Of a stretch of 33,548 nucleotides of DNA, positions 25,311 to 33,548 are shown in pieces (position 1 is the stretch's first letter; each line of letters opens with the position of its first letter). The position numbers were made by a program, and so were the translations under genes. This DNA is from Deltaproteobacteria bacterium (GTDB taxonomy: Bacteria > Desulfobacterota > Dissulfuribacteria > Dissulfuribacterales > JALVPX01). The notes below the pieces were generated by a model, which saw only the letters and a program-made list of their open reading frames with translations, was not told where the DNA came from and searched no databases. The stretch lies in NCBI GenBank assembly GCA_027031565.1, contig JALVPX010000159.1, positions 1-33,548 on the forward strand. The letters are read 5' to 3'.

Positions 25311-28300
25311 ATGACACAAATCAATCTTGCCACCCCCTTTTTCCAGCCAAGCTTTGAATGTAACCGTGTTGCAACAGATGATATCAGTGCCGAGGTATCT
25401 GGGTGCCTGCTGATAGTGTCTTGGAACGATGCAATAAGCGGCAGGTACAACCCTGCCGAAGAGGATTTGTACCTCCAGGTGTTCAGGCAAGACCTTGTTC
25501 TGGAAAAAAAAGTCAGCCATCTCTCTTCTACAGAGGAATATATGGAACAGGGCGGCAGCCTCACCATAAAGTTAGTCAAGAAAAGCCGCTTCAGGTTCAA
25601 TGTCTCATCGCCTTTTCATTACACTCCAAAGATAATTTTTGTTTCTGAAAACGAGGGCCGGCACCATCTTGTCTGGGAGGATATAGACTGGCACAGCCTG
25701 CGAAAAGAGATCGAAATAGGCACAGGCCTGGACTGGGACAAGGACATAGAATTGGTCCTTCACATCGTGCGTGCAAGAATAGAAGGCGATTTGCCCCAGG
25801 ATGAGTGGCAGCCCGTAGGCCTTTCAAATAACGCGTTGCTGCTGGGTGTGTTGGACAAAGTGGAACTGCTGATACAAGAGAGGGGCGCTGCAGGCTTTGA
25901 GGGCCGGCGCATCTTGAAAAGGGTCTTTGAGCTCACCTTTCAGCATCCATCGTTTTTGGAGAGTTTGGATGAGCTGCAGATTGAGGCATCCCCTCTTGGT
26001 CCATACCTGGAACTGAAAAGGGAGATCTGGGAAGAGGACTCGGTTCAAATCAGGGCCTGGTGGAGGCTTTTTGATGAACATTGGGGCCTTATCGAGGATC
26101 AGGTTTTAAGGCCTGAAGGCCTGGAATGGGCGGACGTGGATGTTTGTGTGCGGCTCTTCCGCATGGGCGTGGACGGTTGGGAGCCTTTCAGGGAAGAGGA
26201 ACACAACAAGGTTTTGACAGCAAACGACTTTCTGTTCACCTCTATCCCGGCTTATTCCACATTCAAGGCAGCCCTGGTCCTGCACGACAAAACAAAGGGC
26301 GAAGACCTTGAAATTCCGGTTCTTGTTTCTGCCCCCCTGTCAATACCAGACAGGCCCGACAAGATTGTGTTGATGCCGATAGACGAAAGGAGGGTATTTG
26401 CCTACTGGCACCTGGACCAGGCACGTTTATCAAAAAAGATAGAAGAGTTTAGCAGCGGCAATCCCTCCAGGGCGAAGACCTATCTCAGGGTGTTTCACGA
26501 CTGGGCAGGCGCCTTGCACCATCACATTGACAAGGATGCCGAGGTGTGCCTGGAATATACGGACAACTTTTATTTGAACGTTGAGCCAGACAAGATTTAC
26601 AGGGTTCAGCTTGCTGCTGTGCTGGATGACGGAAAGGTCGAACCCCTGACCGATTTTTCAAATCCTGTACAGACAGCAAGGGTGCAGCCGGGCACCAATC
26701 CTGTGGTCTTCCGGGAGGTGAACCAAGCCTTTGAGCATCCCAGCCACAGGAGGCTCGACGCACCTATGGATACGGCGGATCACTCCATAGGGCTACTGAC
26801 CATTCATCTCCATGCCCATCTGCCCTTTATCCGCAGGCGTGTAGTCTACGGCACAACCGGCATTTGGCAGCCGATCGGTTTCCCAGAGGAATGGTATCAT
26901 GAGGCCGTCCGGGAGACCTATGTGCCTCTTCTCCTGGTGTTCGAGAGGTTAAGGGATGAGGGCGTTGATTTCAGGCTTTCAATGGATATTTCACCTACCC
27001 TGACCAACATGATGCGGTGCCCGTTATTGCAGGAAGAATTTTTGAAATACATGGAGGCAAATATCAGCATAGCCCTTGCGGAAGTGGAACGTACACGGAG
27101 AGAGGCACCCCATTATCATCAGACAGCCTGGATGCATTTAAACCGTTTCAGGGAAGTCAGGGATTATTTCCTGAAATGCGGTAGGGATTTGACCAAGCCT
27201 TTCAGGGAACTTCAGGAACAGGGATATTTGGAGATTTGTACATGCGGGGCTACCCATGCATTTTTGCCCTTTTTCATGTCGACACCAGAGGGCGTCAGGG
27301 CACAAATCACGACAGCCGTTGAGGATTACAAAAAGACCTTTGGGCGCGAGCCAATAGGAATATGGCTCCCGGAATGCGCCTATGTTCCAGGCATTGAAGA
27401 GTTTGTGCAGGAGGCCGGGCTGAGATATTTCTTTACAGAGACCCACGCGGTGCTGCTGGCGGATGCCCCTGCCGCATTTGGCACCCATGCCCCGGTTTAT
27501 CTCAAGGGAAGCGATGTGGCCGCCTTTGCCAGGGACCCTGAAACAGGCAAGCAGGTTTGGAGCGGGGAGGAAGGCTATCCTGGTGATCCTGATTACCTTG
27601 AGTTTCATATAAAAGGAGGCCCCTTAAAATATAACCGGATTACCAGCCGGGGCAGTGATTACAAGGAGCCATATGTGAGGGAATGGGCACTTGAAAAGGC
27701 TGCCCGCCATGCCCAACATTTCATGGAGTCACGCAATTTCCGCTTCGAGCATATCAAAAACTGGTTCTGGAAAAAGCCGCTCGTTGTTGCCATGTATGAT
27801 GCGGAATTGTTTGGCCACCACTGGTATGAAGGGCCTGATTTCCTCTATTTTCTCTTCAAAAAGCTGTATTACAATCAAAACCAGACAGAACTGATCACCC
27901 CAGGTGCCTACCTGGCCCGCTATCCAAGGAATCAAGAGGTCTTTCTCAATCCTTCTTCATGGGGAGACAAGGGAACCTTTGACAAGTGGATGTATGGTTC
28001 TGTTTCATGGATGTACCGCCATGCCCATGAGGCCCTGGAGGAGATGACGGCCATGTTGAGCGATTTTCACCAGAACCGCAGGGAAGATGAAGTGGCTGCT
28101 AGGATCGTAAAACAGGCAAAGCGGGAGGTGCTGCAATCCATGAACAGCGATATTCCCTTTGTGATTTCAAACGGACATTTTGTGGACCGAATGAAGGAAT
28201 TCTTCTTTGATGATCTGGAAAGGTTTTGGAAGCTTGCAAGCCTTTATTGGAACGTTGATATGGATCAGGCCCTGCGTGCCTGCCTGTTGAGGCGTCTTGA

Positions 28301-28337
28301 AATGGAAAACCCGATCTTCCAGGAAATGCATTTGTAG
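25311..28337 (+). CDS. GH57 1,4-alpha-glucan branching enzyme-like domain fused to an N-terminal ~495 aa region of DUF4912-like modules
   Basis: The C-terminal half has LTIHLHAHLPFIRR, GIWLPECAY (nucleophile Glu context) and DAELFGHHWYEG (acid/base Asp context), which are GH57 signatures. The N-terminus contains KIVLMPIDERRVFAYWHL, the DUF4912 hallmark, plus two more similar modules. Confidence 0.85.
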   Translation: MTQINLATPFFQPSFECNRVATDDISAEVSGCLLIVSWNDAISGRYNPAEEDLYLQVFRQDLVLEKKVSHLSSTEEYMEQGGSLTIKLVKKSRFRFNVSSPFHYTPKIIFVSENEGRHHLVWEDIDWHSLRKEIEIGTGLDWDKDIELVLHIVRARIEGDLPQDEWQPVGLSNNALLLGVLDKVELLIQERGAAGFEGRRILKRVFELTFQHPSFLESLDELQIEASPLGPYLELKREIWEEDSVQIRAWWRLFDEHWGLIEDQVLRPEGLEWADVDVCVRLFRMGVDGWEPFREEEHNKVLTANDFLFTSIPAYSTFKAALVLHDKTKGEDLEIPVLVSAPLSIPDRPDKIVLMPIDERRVFAYWHLDQARLSKKIEEFSSGNPSRAKTYLRVFHDWAGALHHHIDKDAEVCLEYTDNFYLNVEPDKIYRVQLAAVLDDGKVEPLTDFSNPVQTARVQPGTNPVVFREVNQAFEHPSHRRLDAPMDTADHSIGLLTIHLHAHLPFIRRRVVYGTTGIWQPIGFPEEWYHEAVRETYVPLLLVFERLRDEGVDFRLSMDISPTLTNMMRCPLLQEEFLKYMEANISIALAEVERTRREAPHYHQTAWMHLNRFREVRDYFLKCGRDLTKPFRELQEQGYLEICTCGATHAFLPFFMSTPEGVRAQITTAVEDYKKTFGREPIGIWLPECAYVPGIEEFVQEAGLRYFFTETHAVLLADAPAAFGTHAPVYLKGSDVAAFARDPETGKQVWSGEEGYPGDPDYLEFHIKGGPLKYNRITSRGSDYKEPYVREWALEKAARHAQHFMESRNFRFEHIKNWFWKKPLVVAMYDAELFGHHWYEGPDFLYFLFKKLYYNQNQTELITPGAYLARYPRNQEVFLNPSSWGDKGTFDKWMYGSVSWMYRHAHEALEEMTAMLSDFHQNRREDEVAARIVKQAKREVLQSMNSDIPFVISNGHFVDRMKEFFFDDLERFWKLASLYWNVDMDQALRACLLRRLEMENPIFQEMHL

Positions 28338-28353
28338 ATTGGCAGCCCAGGAA

Positions 28354-28695
28354 TTACTCATCCTGCCCGATTAAATCGAGCCATTTTTCCACCAGCTCCT
28401 TGAATTCTCCATGCTGCAAGGCAATTTTCTGGCCCTGCCCTTCGTAGAGCGGTTCGATGACCACCTGGTCATGATTCATGGTGACCGCATAGGCATTTCC
28501 TACGAATTCAGTGGCTATTGGGCCGGTTTCGGCCTGGTCGAGCAGACGCAGGAGCTCTCTTGCCATGGCACTGTCGGCCTGTATGTCCGTCTGCAGAAAC
28601 ATGGCCGCGCTTTTCATGTCTCCATTAGCCTCTACCCTAGGCATGCCTTTTTCATCTATAAAAAATCTTGGTTTTTTTCTTTTTCCTTTTGGCAT
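28354..28695 (-). CDS. Small acidic cytoplasmic protein, candidate partner or immunity protein of the upstream EndoU-like nuclease
   Basis: The ORF lies directly downstream of and overlaps the nuclease gene. The start is uncertain: ATG 28695 gives a 44 nt overlap, and ATG 28644 lies 7 nt after the nuclease stop. The sequence is acidic and has no signal peptide. It faintly resembles UPF0231/YacL-like proteins; unverified. Confidence 0.5.
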   Translation of the reverse strand: MPKGKRKKPRFFIDEKGMPRVEANGDMKSAAMFLQTDIQADSAMARELLRLLDQAETGPIATEFVGNAYAVTMNHDQVVIEPLYEGQGQKIALQHGEFKELVEKWLDLIGQDE

Positions 28696-29194
28696 TGTTA
28701 CGATCCTTGATATAGACAGGAAAGGCTGTATTAATATTCCCCCTCTTGTTGAGATAACCTTGGATGACAAATCCACTGCCAGACGGGCCTATCCACGGCT
28801 GTTTCCGCGGATGTTCCCTGTGCTTGTAGGCGTGGAGTATGGCCTTTATCACTTCTTTGCGGCTCATCTTGTCAGGGAAAAAGGAGGAGAATTTCTGTTT
28901 CCATCTACGAGTCCTCTTGTCCCATATTTCCACCCGGGCAGTATAGACCCCAGCCCTGTTGGGTGGAGAGACTATTTTCACCATCCTTGCTGTCTCAGGG
29001 TCACGCCCCCCTGGCCTTGAGTGAAACCCCACAGGCCTTCCTTTTCTGTTGATCTCGCCCTTGAAAATATGGGTCAAATTGATTTGGGGCCTTGTGCGGC
29101 TCCACTCAGATCTTGCACATATAGAGACAGGCAGCAAAAGGATGCCGAGGGCCAGAAGGCATGCTGGCAGCAGCCACTTGTTTCTGAAATTCAT
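28652..29194 (-). CDS. Secreted EndoU-like (EndoU_bacteria family) ribonuclease
   Basis: The ATG at 29194 is preceded by GGAG. Signal peptide MNFRNKWLLPACLLALGILLLPVSICA. Then THIFKGEINRKGRPVGFHS, GVYTARVEIW, KQKFSSFFPDKMSRKEVIKAILHAY and GFVIQGYLNKRGNINTAFPVY match the His/His/Lys-containing blocks of bacterial EndoU domains as I remember them. Confidence 0.65.
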   Translation of the reverse strand: MNFRNKWLLPACLLALGILLLPVSICARSEWSRTRPQINLTHIFKGEINRKGRPVGFHSRPGGRDPETARMVKIVSPPNRAGVYTARVEIWDKRTRRWKQKFSSFFPDKMSRKEVIKAILHAYKHREHPRKQPWIGPSGSGFVIQGYLNKRGNINTAFPVYIKDRNNAKRKKKKTKIFYR

Positions 29195-29261
29195 GGTTCC
29201 AACTCCATCCCGATGCAACAATTGATGGCATCAATATATCAAACGGGATTTATGCTGTCTA

Positions 29262-29963
29262 TCAGCCAAACAGATCCCACGGTGGATGCAGCGGAGGTCC
29301 AGACTCGAATGTCATGCAGTTTTTCCTGGTGGGATGGAGCAAGGTGAGCTTGAATGCGTGCAGGGCAATGGAACGGTCAGGCAAGGGTTCAGGCGCTCCG
29401 TACTTCAAGTCACCGGCAATCGGGTTGCCGATATGAGCGCATTGTGCCCGCAACTGATGCGGCCGTCCGGTTACAGGTTCCAGTTCGACCAGGCTCAATT
29501 TGCCGTTGGTTTTTAAAAGTTTCAGAATTGTCTTTGCCTTTTTCGCCTTTGGGCTGCCGCCTTGATTTGCCGGATGAATTTTTACCAAATTTTTTCGCCT
29601 GTCCTTGGATATCCAGTGAACAAGTTCGGTTTCAGAAGGAGGCGTTCCATGGACCACTGCCAAATATTTTTTTCCCATTCTTTTCTTCCGTAGCTGTTTT
29701 GAGAGCCTGGAAGCAGCTTTGGAGGTCAAGGCAAAACAGACCACGCCTGACACAGGGCGGTCGAGTCTGTGTACCACACCCAAAAAGACATTGCCTGGCT
29801 TATTGCGGCTGATCTTCAAGTAGTCTTTTCCCCAATCGAGGAGAGAAAAGTCCCTTGAGCTGTCTGGTACGACCGGCATGCATGCAGGTTTGGACATGAT
29901 CAATAGGTGATTGTCCTCATATAGAATGTGTACGTCTTGCCTGGTTTGGGGTATCATCACCAC
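29262..29963 (-). CDS. RluA-family pseudouridine synthase
   Basis: ILYEDNHLLIMSKPACMPV and GVVHRLDRPVSGVVCFA (catalytic Asp motif), plus GRPHQLRAQCAHIGNPIAGDLKYG. Confidence 0.85.
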   Translation of the reverse strand: MVMIPQTRQDVHILYEDNHLLIMSKPACMPVVPDSSRDFSLLDWGKDYLKISRNKPGNVFLGVVHRLDRPVSGVVCFALTSKAASRLSKQLRKKRMGKKYLAVVHGTPPSETELVHWISKDRRKNLVKIHPANQGGSPKAKKAKTILKLLKTNGKLSLVELEPVTGRPHQLRAQCAHIGNPIAGDLKYGAPEPLPDRSIALHAFKLTLLHPTRKNCMTFESGPPLHPPWDLFG

Positions 29964-29986
29964 AAATATAAGAAGGTTGACTGGTT

Positions 29987-31168
29987 ATGCAAAAGAAAAG
30001 GGTCAAAACCGGGCTGGAGCGCATCCTGGCAGAGAAGCCTGCCTGGATTCAGGGCAAACGGTTAGGCCTCTTGTGCCACCAGGCCTCCATAGACAGCAAT
30101 TACCGTCACGCCAAGGATCTTATGAGCGAGGCCTTCCCAGGTGCATTGAAGTGTTTGTTCAGCCCCCAGCACGGGCTTGATGCAGAAAAGCAGGATAATA
30201 TGATCGAGTCTGCTGACGGCTGGGATTCCAGGTTGTCCATTCCCATATTCAGCCTTTATGGCGAGGTTCGCAAACCAAGGCCGGACCACCTGTCTCAAAT
30301 AGACATGTTCGTTGTTGATCTGCAGGATGTGGGCTGCCGTGTCTATACCTACATTTGGACAATGCTTCTGGCCATGAGGGAGTGCGCAGAGGCAGGGGTG
30401 GAAGTATGTGTTTTGGACAGGCCTAATCCAATAGGCGGGCTGAAAGTGGAAGGCAACCTGCTAGATCCAGGCCTTTTTTCCTTCGTGGGGCTTGCCCCCA
30501 TACCGATGCGCCACGGTATGACCATGGGTGAACTTGCGCTGATGCTGGCACGGCTTGAGAAACTGGATATTGAACTGCACGTGGTGGAAATGGAGGGATG
30601 GAGCCGTGGAATCTGCTTTCCGGAAACAGGGCTGCCCTGGGTATGGCCATCTCCCAACATGCCCGCCTTTGAAACAGCGCTGGTATATCCCGGACAGGTA
30701 GTGCTTGAAACCACCAACATTTCCGAAGGCCGCGGTACCACCCGGCCCTTCGAGATATTCGGGGCACCATATTTGGAGCAAGGAAAAATCATCAGTCACA
30801 TGGATAATTTTGGTTTACCAGGCTTTTTGCTCAGAAAGCAGAACTTTGAGCCAACGTTTCATAAATGGCAAGGGGAGGTGTGCAGAGGCTTTCAGATTCA
30901 TGTAACAGACAAAGACAATTATAAGCCCTTTTTGACCACGTTAGCCTTGTTGTCAATTATAAGAAAAGAATTTCATGACGATTTTGAATGGAAGGCTCCT
31001 CCCTATGAATATGAGTATGAAAAATTACCAGCTGATTTGGTTATAGGAGATCCTAAGGTTAGGCAAGCAGTGGAAGAGGGTGTGCCTCCCATGGAAATGG
31101 AGCTTCTTTGGGCAGAAGAAGTTAAGGAATTTGAAGAGCAGAGAAGAAAGTTTTTATTATACTCTTAA
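29987..31168 (+). CDS. DUF1343 protein (exo-beta-N-acetylmuramidase NamZ/YbbC family)
   Basis: VKTGLERILAEKPAWIQGKRLGLLCHQASIDSNYRH, FSPQHG, DLQDVGCRVYTYIWTM and NISEGRGTTRPFE are typical DUF1343 blocks. Confidence 0.8.
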   Translation: MQKKRVKTGLERILAEKPAWIQGKRLGLLCHQASIDSNYRHAKDLMSEAFPGALKCLFSPQHGLDAEKQDNMIESADGWDSRLSIPIFSLYGEVRKPRPDHLSQIDMFVVDLQDVGCRVYTYIWTMLLAMRECAEAGVEVCVLDRPNPIGGLKVEGNLLDPGLFSFVGLAPIPMRHGMTMGELALMLARLEKLDIELHVVEMEGWSRGICFPETGLPWVWPSPNMPAFETALVYPGQVVLETTNISEGRGTTRPFEIFGAPYLEQGKIISHMDNFGLPGFLLRKQNFEPTFHKWQGEVCRGFQIHVTDKDNYKPFLTTLALLSIIRKEFHDDFEWKAPPYEYEYEKLPADLVIGDPKVRQAVEEGVPPMEMELLWAEEVKEFEEQRRKFLLYS

Positions 31169-31340
31169 GACCTGGAAAAAATTTTCTCCCCGTACTTCAA
31201 CAAGCGCCTGTCCAATCCCGAGATTCTGCGGCAGAGATGTGGTGTATTGTGAACGCCTACAAAGAAAACCCTCCTTTAAAAGCCATATAAAGGCATATTA
31301 AAAATACCAGGGTGATGTTTTAATATGGCTGGCCTGGAAC

Positions 31341-31700
31341 GTTTAAGAGGGCTGCTGGGGGTCTCCCTCACCATTTTTATAGGGTAGCCGTGCGACTGCC
31401 GAGTCTCTACGTTCCATTTCCGATAAAAAATGTTTCAGGAACCACCCCAGCAGCCATTTCCACGCCTGTGCATTCCAGAAGGATTTCATACGGCGTTGAA
31501 ATTTATTCCGTGTTATTCAAAATAAAGATAAATTTTTTCTTTTTTGAAGTGCCTGATTTGGAATTTGAACGCAAATGCGAAATGGGTTCAGTGTGTGGCT
31601 CCTGAAGAGTTTTCATCGTGAGATGCAGCACAAGGTGCAAGAAGCCGCACGAAAAGAACTATAAAAACTCGGAAGGAGACACACACTGAACCCTGTAATA
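31341..31700. repeat. Large foldback repeat, copy C (solitary, more diverged)
   Basis: Hairpin 1 spans 31350..31455 and hairpin 2 spans 31584..31693 (14 bp perfect basal helix gggttcagtgtgtg/cacacactgaaccc). The core is AT-rich. The architecture matches copy A, with compensatory changes in both basal helices. Confidence 0.85.
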
Positions 31701-31831
31701 TGGTTAATGTGTAAAAAAACATCTCCTTTTAGTCAGTTCTACTCTTCCACTCCGAATTTTGGCAAATATTCAGAGTGATATTGCAACCAGTGTGATTTAG
31801 GGAGGCCGGGTCTGTGGCGCTGGCAGCTAGG

Positions 31832-32395
31832 CTACCTGTCAGAAGGCCAATATCCCTCTGGCTCGTATCCAGGCACGAGGTTGTGAATTCCCTGAAGGTG
31901 CCTGTACTGTTCATTGTAATCCAGGCCGTAACCCACGAGGAACCCCTTCTGAACGTCAAACCCGACATAATCGACCTGAACGTCAACCTTTCGCCGTTCT
32001 TTCTTGTCTATGAGGCAGCAGATCTTGACCGATGCAGGCTTGTGGAGCTTTAAAACCTCTGTCAGGTATTCCAGGGTGTATCCAGTGTCAACTATGTCCT
32101 CCACTACGATCACGTCCTTTCCGGAAATATCGAGTTCAATGTCCTTGGTTATGCTCACTTTTCCCTCTGACTCCATGCCGGACCCATAGCTGTACAAGCG
32201 GACAAAATCTATTTCCGTATTGACGTCCAGCGCTCTGCACAGATCTGCAAGGAAAATGAACGCCCCTTTCAAAATTCCGATCAGAACCAGCGGCCTCCCC
32301 TTGTAATCCCTGGAAATCTCCTTTCCAAGTTCTTGAACCCGGGCCTTGATTACGTCCGGAGACAATATCTCGGTTAATTGGTCTTTTTCCTGCAT
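31832..32395 (-). CDS. hpt: Hypoxanthine phosphoribosyltransferase
   Basis: The ATG at 32395 is preceded by GGAGGAG. LIGILKGAFIFLADL..., then the PRPP motif VIVVEDIVDTGYTL, then FLVGYGLDYNEQYR. The 83-codon upstream extension of the track ORF has no support. Confidence 0.9.
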   Translation of the reverse strand: MQEKDQLTEILSPDVIKARVQELGKEISRDYKGRPLVLIGILKGAFIFLADLCRALDVNTEIDFVRLYSYGSGMESEGKVSITKDIELDISGKDVIVVEDIVDTGYTLEYLTEVLKLHKPASVKICCLIDKKERRKVDVQVDYVGFDVQKGFLVGYGLDYNEQYRHLQGIHNLVPGYEPEGYWPSDR

Positions 32396-32527
32396 CTTTT
32401 CCAGGCTCCTCCAACTCGCTAATGTTGACAAGTTACCATATGTTATTACCTTATGCCCGAGCCGCCATGCATCTGGCGGCTTTTGTATCATGACATAAAT
32501 TTTAGATAGACGGAGGTCAAGATTTTT

Positions 32528-32743
32528 ATGCCTATATACGAATTTTCCTGCAAGAAGTGTAATACCAATTTTGAGACCTTCGTGGTCTCCCACAAGGGCA
32601 TAAGTTCGGTGGAATGCCCCAAGTGCGGCTCGAAAGAGGTGCATAAGGTCGTTTCTGCCTTTAATTGCGGGTGCTCATCCGGCAGTTCTATATCCGTCGG
32701 CGGCTCATCGGGTTGCGGCACTGGTTCCACGCGCTTTGGGTGA
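32528..32743 (+). CDS. FmdB-family zinc-ribbon protein with a Cys/Gly/Ser-rich tail
   Basis: MPIYEFSCKKCNTNFE...VECPKCGS carries two CxxC pairs. The C-terminal tail is NCGCSSGSSISVGGSSGCGTGSTRFG. Confidence 0.8.
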   Translation: MPIYEFSCKKCNTNFETFVVSHKGISSVECPKCGSKEVHKVVSAFNCGCSSGSSISVGGSSGCGTGSTRFG

Positions 32744-32783
32744 GCTTAACTAGACCTGGCTGGAAGCCGGGGCAGGAGGCACT

Positions 32784-33509
32784 ATGCTGGTAATTGAAGA
32801 CTTGTGGGTGGATGTTCAAGGCCGAGAAGTTCTGAAGGGTATCAACCTGGAGATTGGAAAGGGCGAGACCCACTGCCTTTTTGGGAAAAACGGCTCTGGC
32901 AAGACCACCTTGCTGATGACACTGATGGGTTTTTCCGGCTATGAGGTCAAGCATGGCAAGATCACCTTCAAGGGTGAAGATATAACCCGCATGCCTATTC
33001 ATGAAAGGTCAAGGTTGGGTATTGGAATTTCCTTTCAGAGGCCGCCGACACTGCGCGGAGTGAAGCTGCGTGACATGCTTGCCATTTGCAGCGGCGGAGA
33101 TGCAAGTGCGGCAACTCAGCTGGCCGTAAGTTACGGTTTCGACCATTTTCTGGACCGCGAAGTAAACCTTGGTTTCTCAGGCGGTGAGATCAAAAAATCA
33201 GAGCTTCTGCAACTGCTGGCCCAGAATCCGGACTTGACCCTCCTTGATGAACCCGAATCCGGCGTTGATATTGAAAATCTTCATGTGATAGGAGACATGA
33301 TACGCAAGCTGTTGGAAAAAGACAAACACAAGGGCCGTACCAAGTCGGGGCTAATTATCACCCATACCGGATTCATCCTTAATTACGTAGCTGCGGACAA
33401 GGGACACGTGATGCTCAATGGAAGGCTGTGCTGTCAGGGCAATCCAGTTGAAATATTCGAAGGCATCCAGAAATATGGCTACGAGGAGTGCGCGAGATGT
33501 CAGTTATAA
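32784..33509 (+). CDS. sufC: Fe-S cluster assembly ATPase SufC
   Basis: Walker A GKNGSGKTTL, ABC signature FSGGEIKKSELLQL, Walker B LTLLDEPESGVD and H-loop IITH. The size and lack of a transmembrane domain fit SufC. Confidence 0.85.
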   Translation: MLVIEDLWVDVQGREVLKGINLEIGKGETHCLFGKNGSGKTTLLMTLMGFSGYEVKHGKITFKGEDITRMPIHERSRLGIGISFQRPPTLRGVKLRDMLAICSGGDASAATQLAVSYGFDHFLDREVNLGFSGGEIKKSELLQLLAQNPDLTLLDEPESGVDIENLHVIGDMIRKLLEKDKHKGRTKSGLIITHTGFILNYVAADKGHVMLNGRLCCQGNPVEIFEGIQKYGYEECARCQL

Positions 33510-33548
33510 AGGAAAACAGGCCTCATCCCCAGGACATAGAGCTTCTAC
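33496..33548 (+). CDS. 5' end of the next suf-operon gene (SufB/SufD-like?), truncated by the window edge
   Basis: The ATG at 33496 overlaps the sufC 3' end by 14 nt. The visible sequence MSVIKENRPHPQDIELL is all there is. Assignment rests on operon context only. Confidence 0.35.

Noticed and set aside
28652-28776. Possible frameshift or sequencing error in the A-runs fusing the EndoU-like ORF to the downstream ORF
   Set aside because: The EndoU domain is complete (ending TAFPVY) before the overlap. A toxin-immunity fusion is not expected. Two overlapping genes is the simpler reading.
31390-31605. 71 aa GTG-start ORF inside large repeat copy C
   Set aside because: It is not conserved as an ORF in copies A and B, which have stops and frame changes. 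Conservation is concentrated in paired stem segments rather than in a reading frame.

Overview
This is 33.5 kb of bacterial chromosome at roughly 50% GC. The gene content (sigma-54 two-component system, YedF, GH57 branching enzyme, fused homocysteine-methyltransferase/MTHFR, SufC with an FmdB zinc ribbon) suggests a Desulfobacterota-type deltaproteobacterium, but that is inference only. I support about 31 CDS, mostly housekeeping: pyrB (partial, missing from the ORF track), yedF, thiL, ndk, ppiD, recN, hpt, sufC and others. Accessory-looking pieces are a PAS kinase / sigma-54 regulator / GT2 / clostripain-like C11 peptidase / small OB-like lipoprotein run, a secreted EndoU-like nuclease with a small acidic partner ORF, a THUMP protein next to a long U32 protein, and a GH57 enzyme fused to three DUF4912-like modules. 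The most unusual content is non-coding. A ~350-420 nt hairpin-rich foldback repeat occurs three times. Two copies sit in tandem in an ORF-free 1.1 kb gap at 21.2-22.3 kb and one sits at 31.3-31.7 kb. Compensatory base changes between copies preserve both basal helices. A separate ~140 nt palindromic element occurs twice (12.5 kb and 21.25 kb). No transposase, integrase, reverse transcriptase, CRISPR array, tRNA or rRNA is visible. All protein calls rest on motifs read by eye from the translations; no database search was possible.
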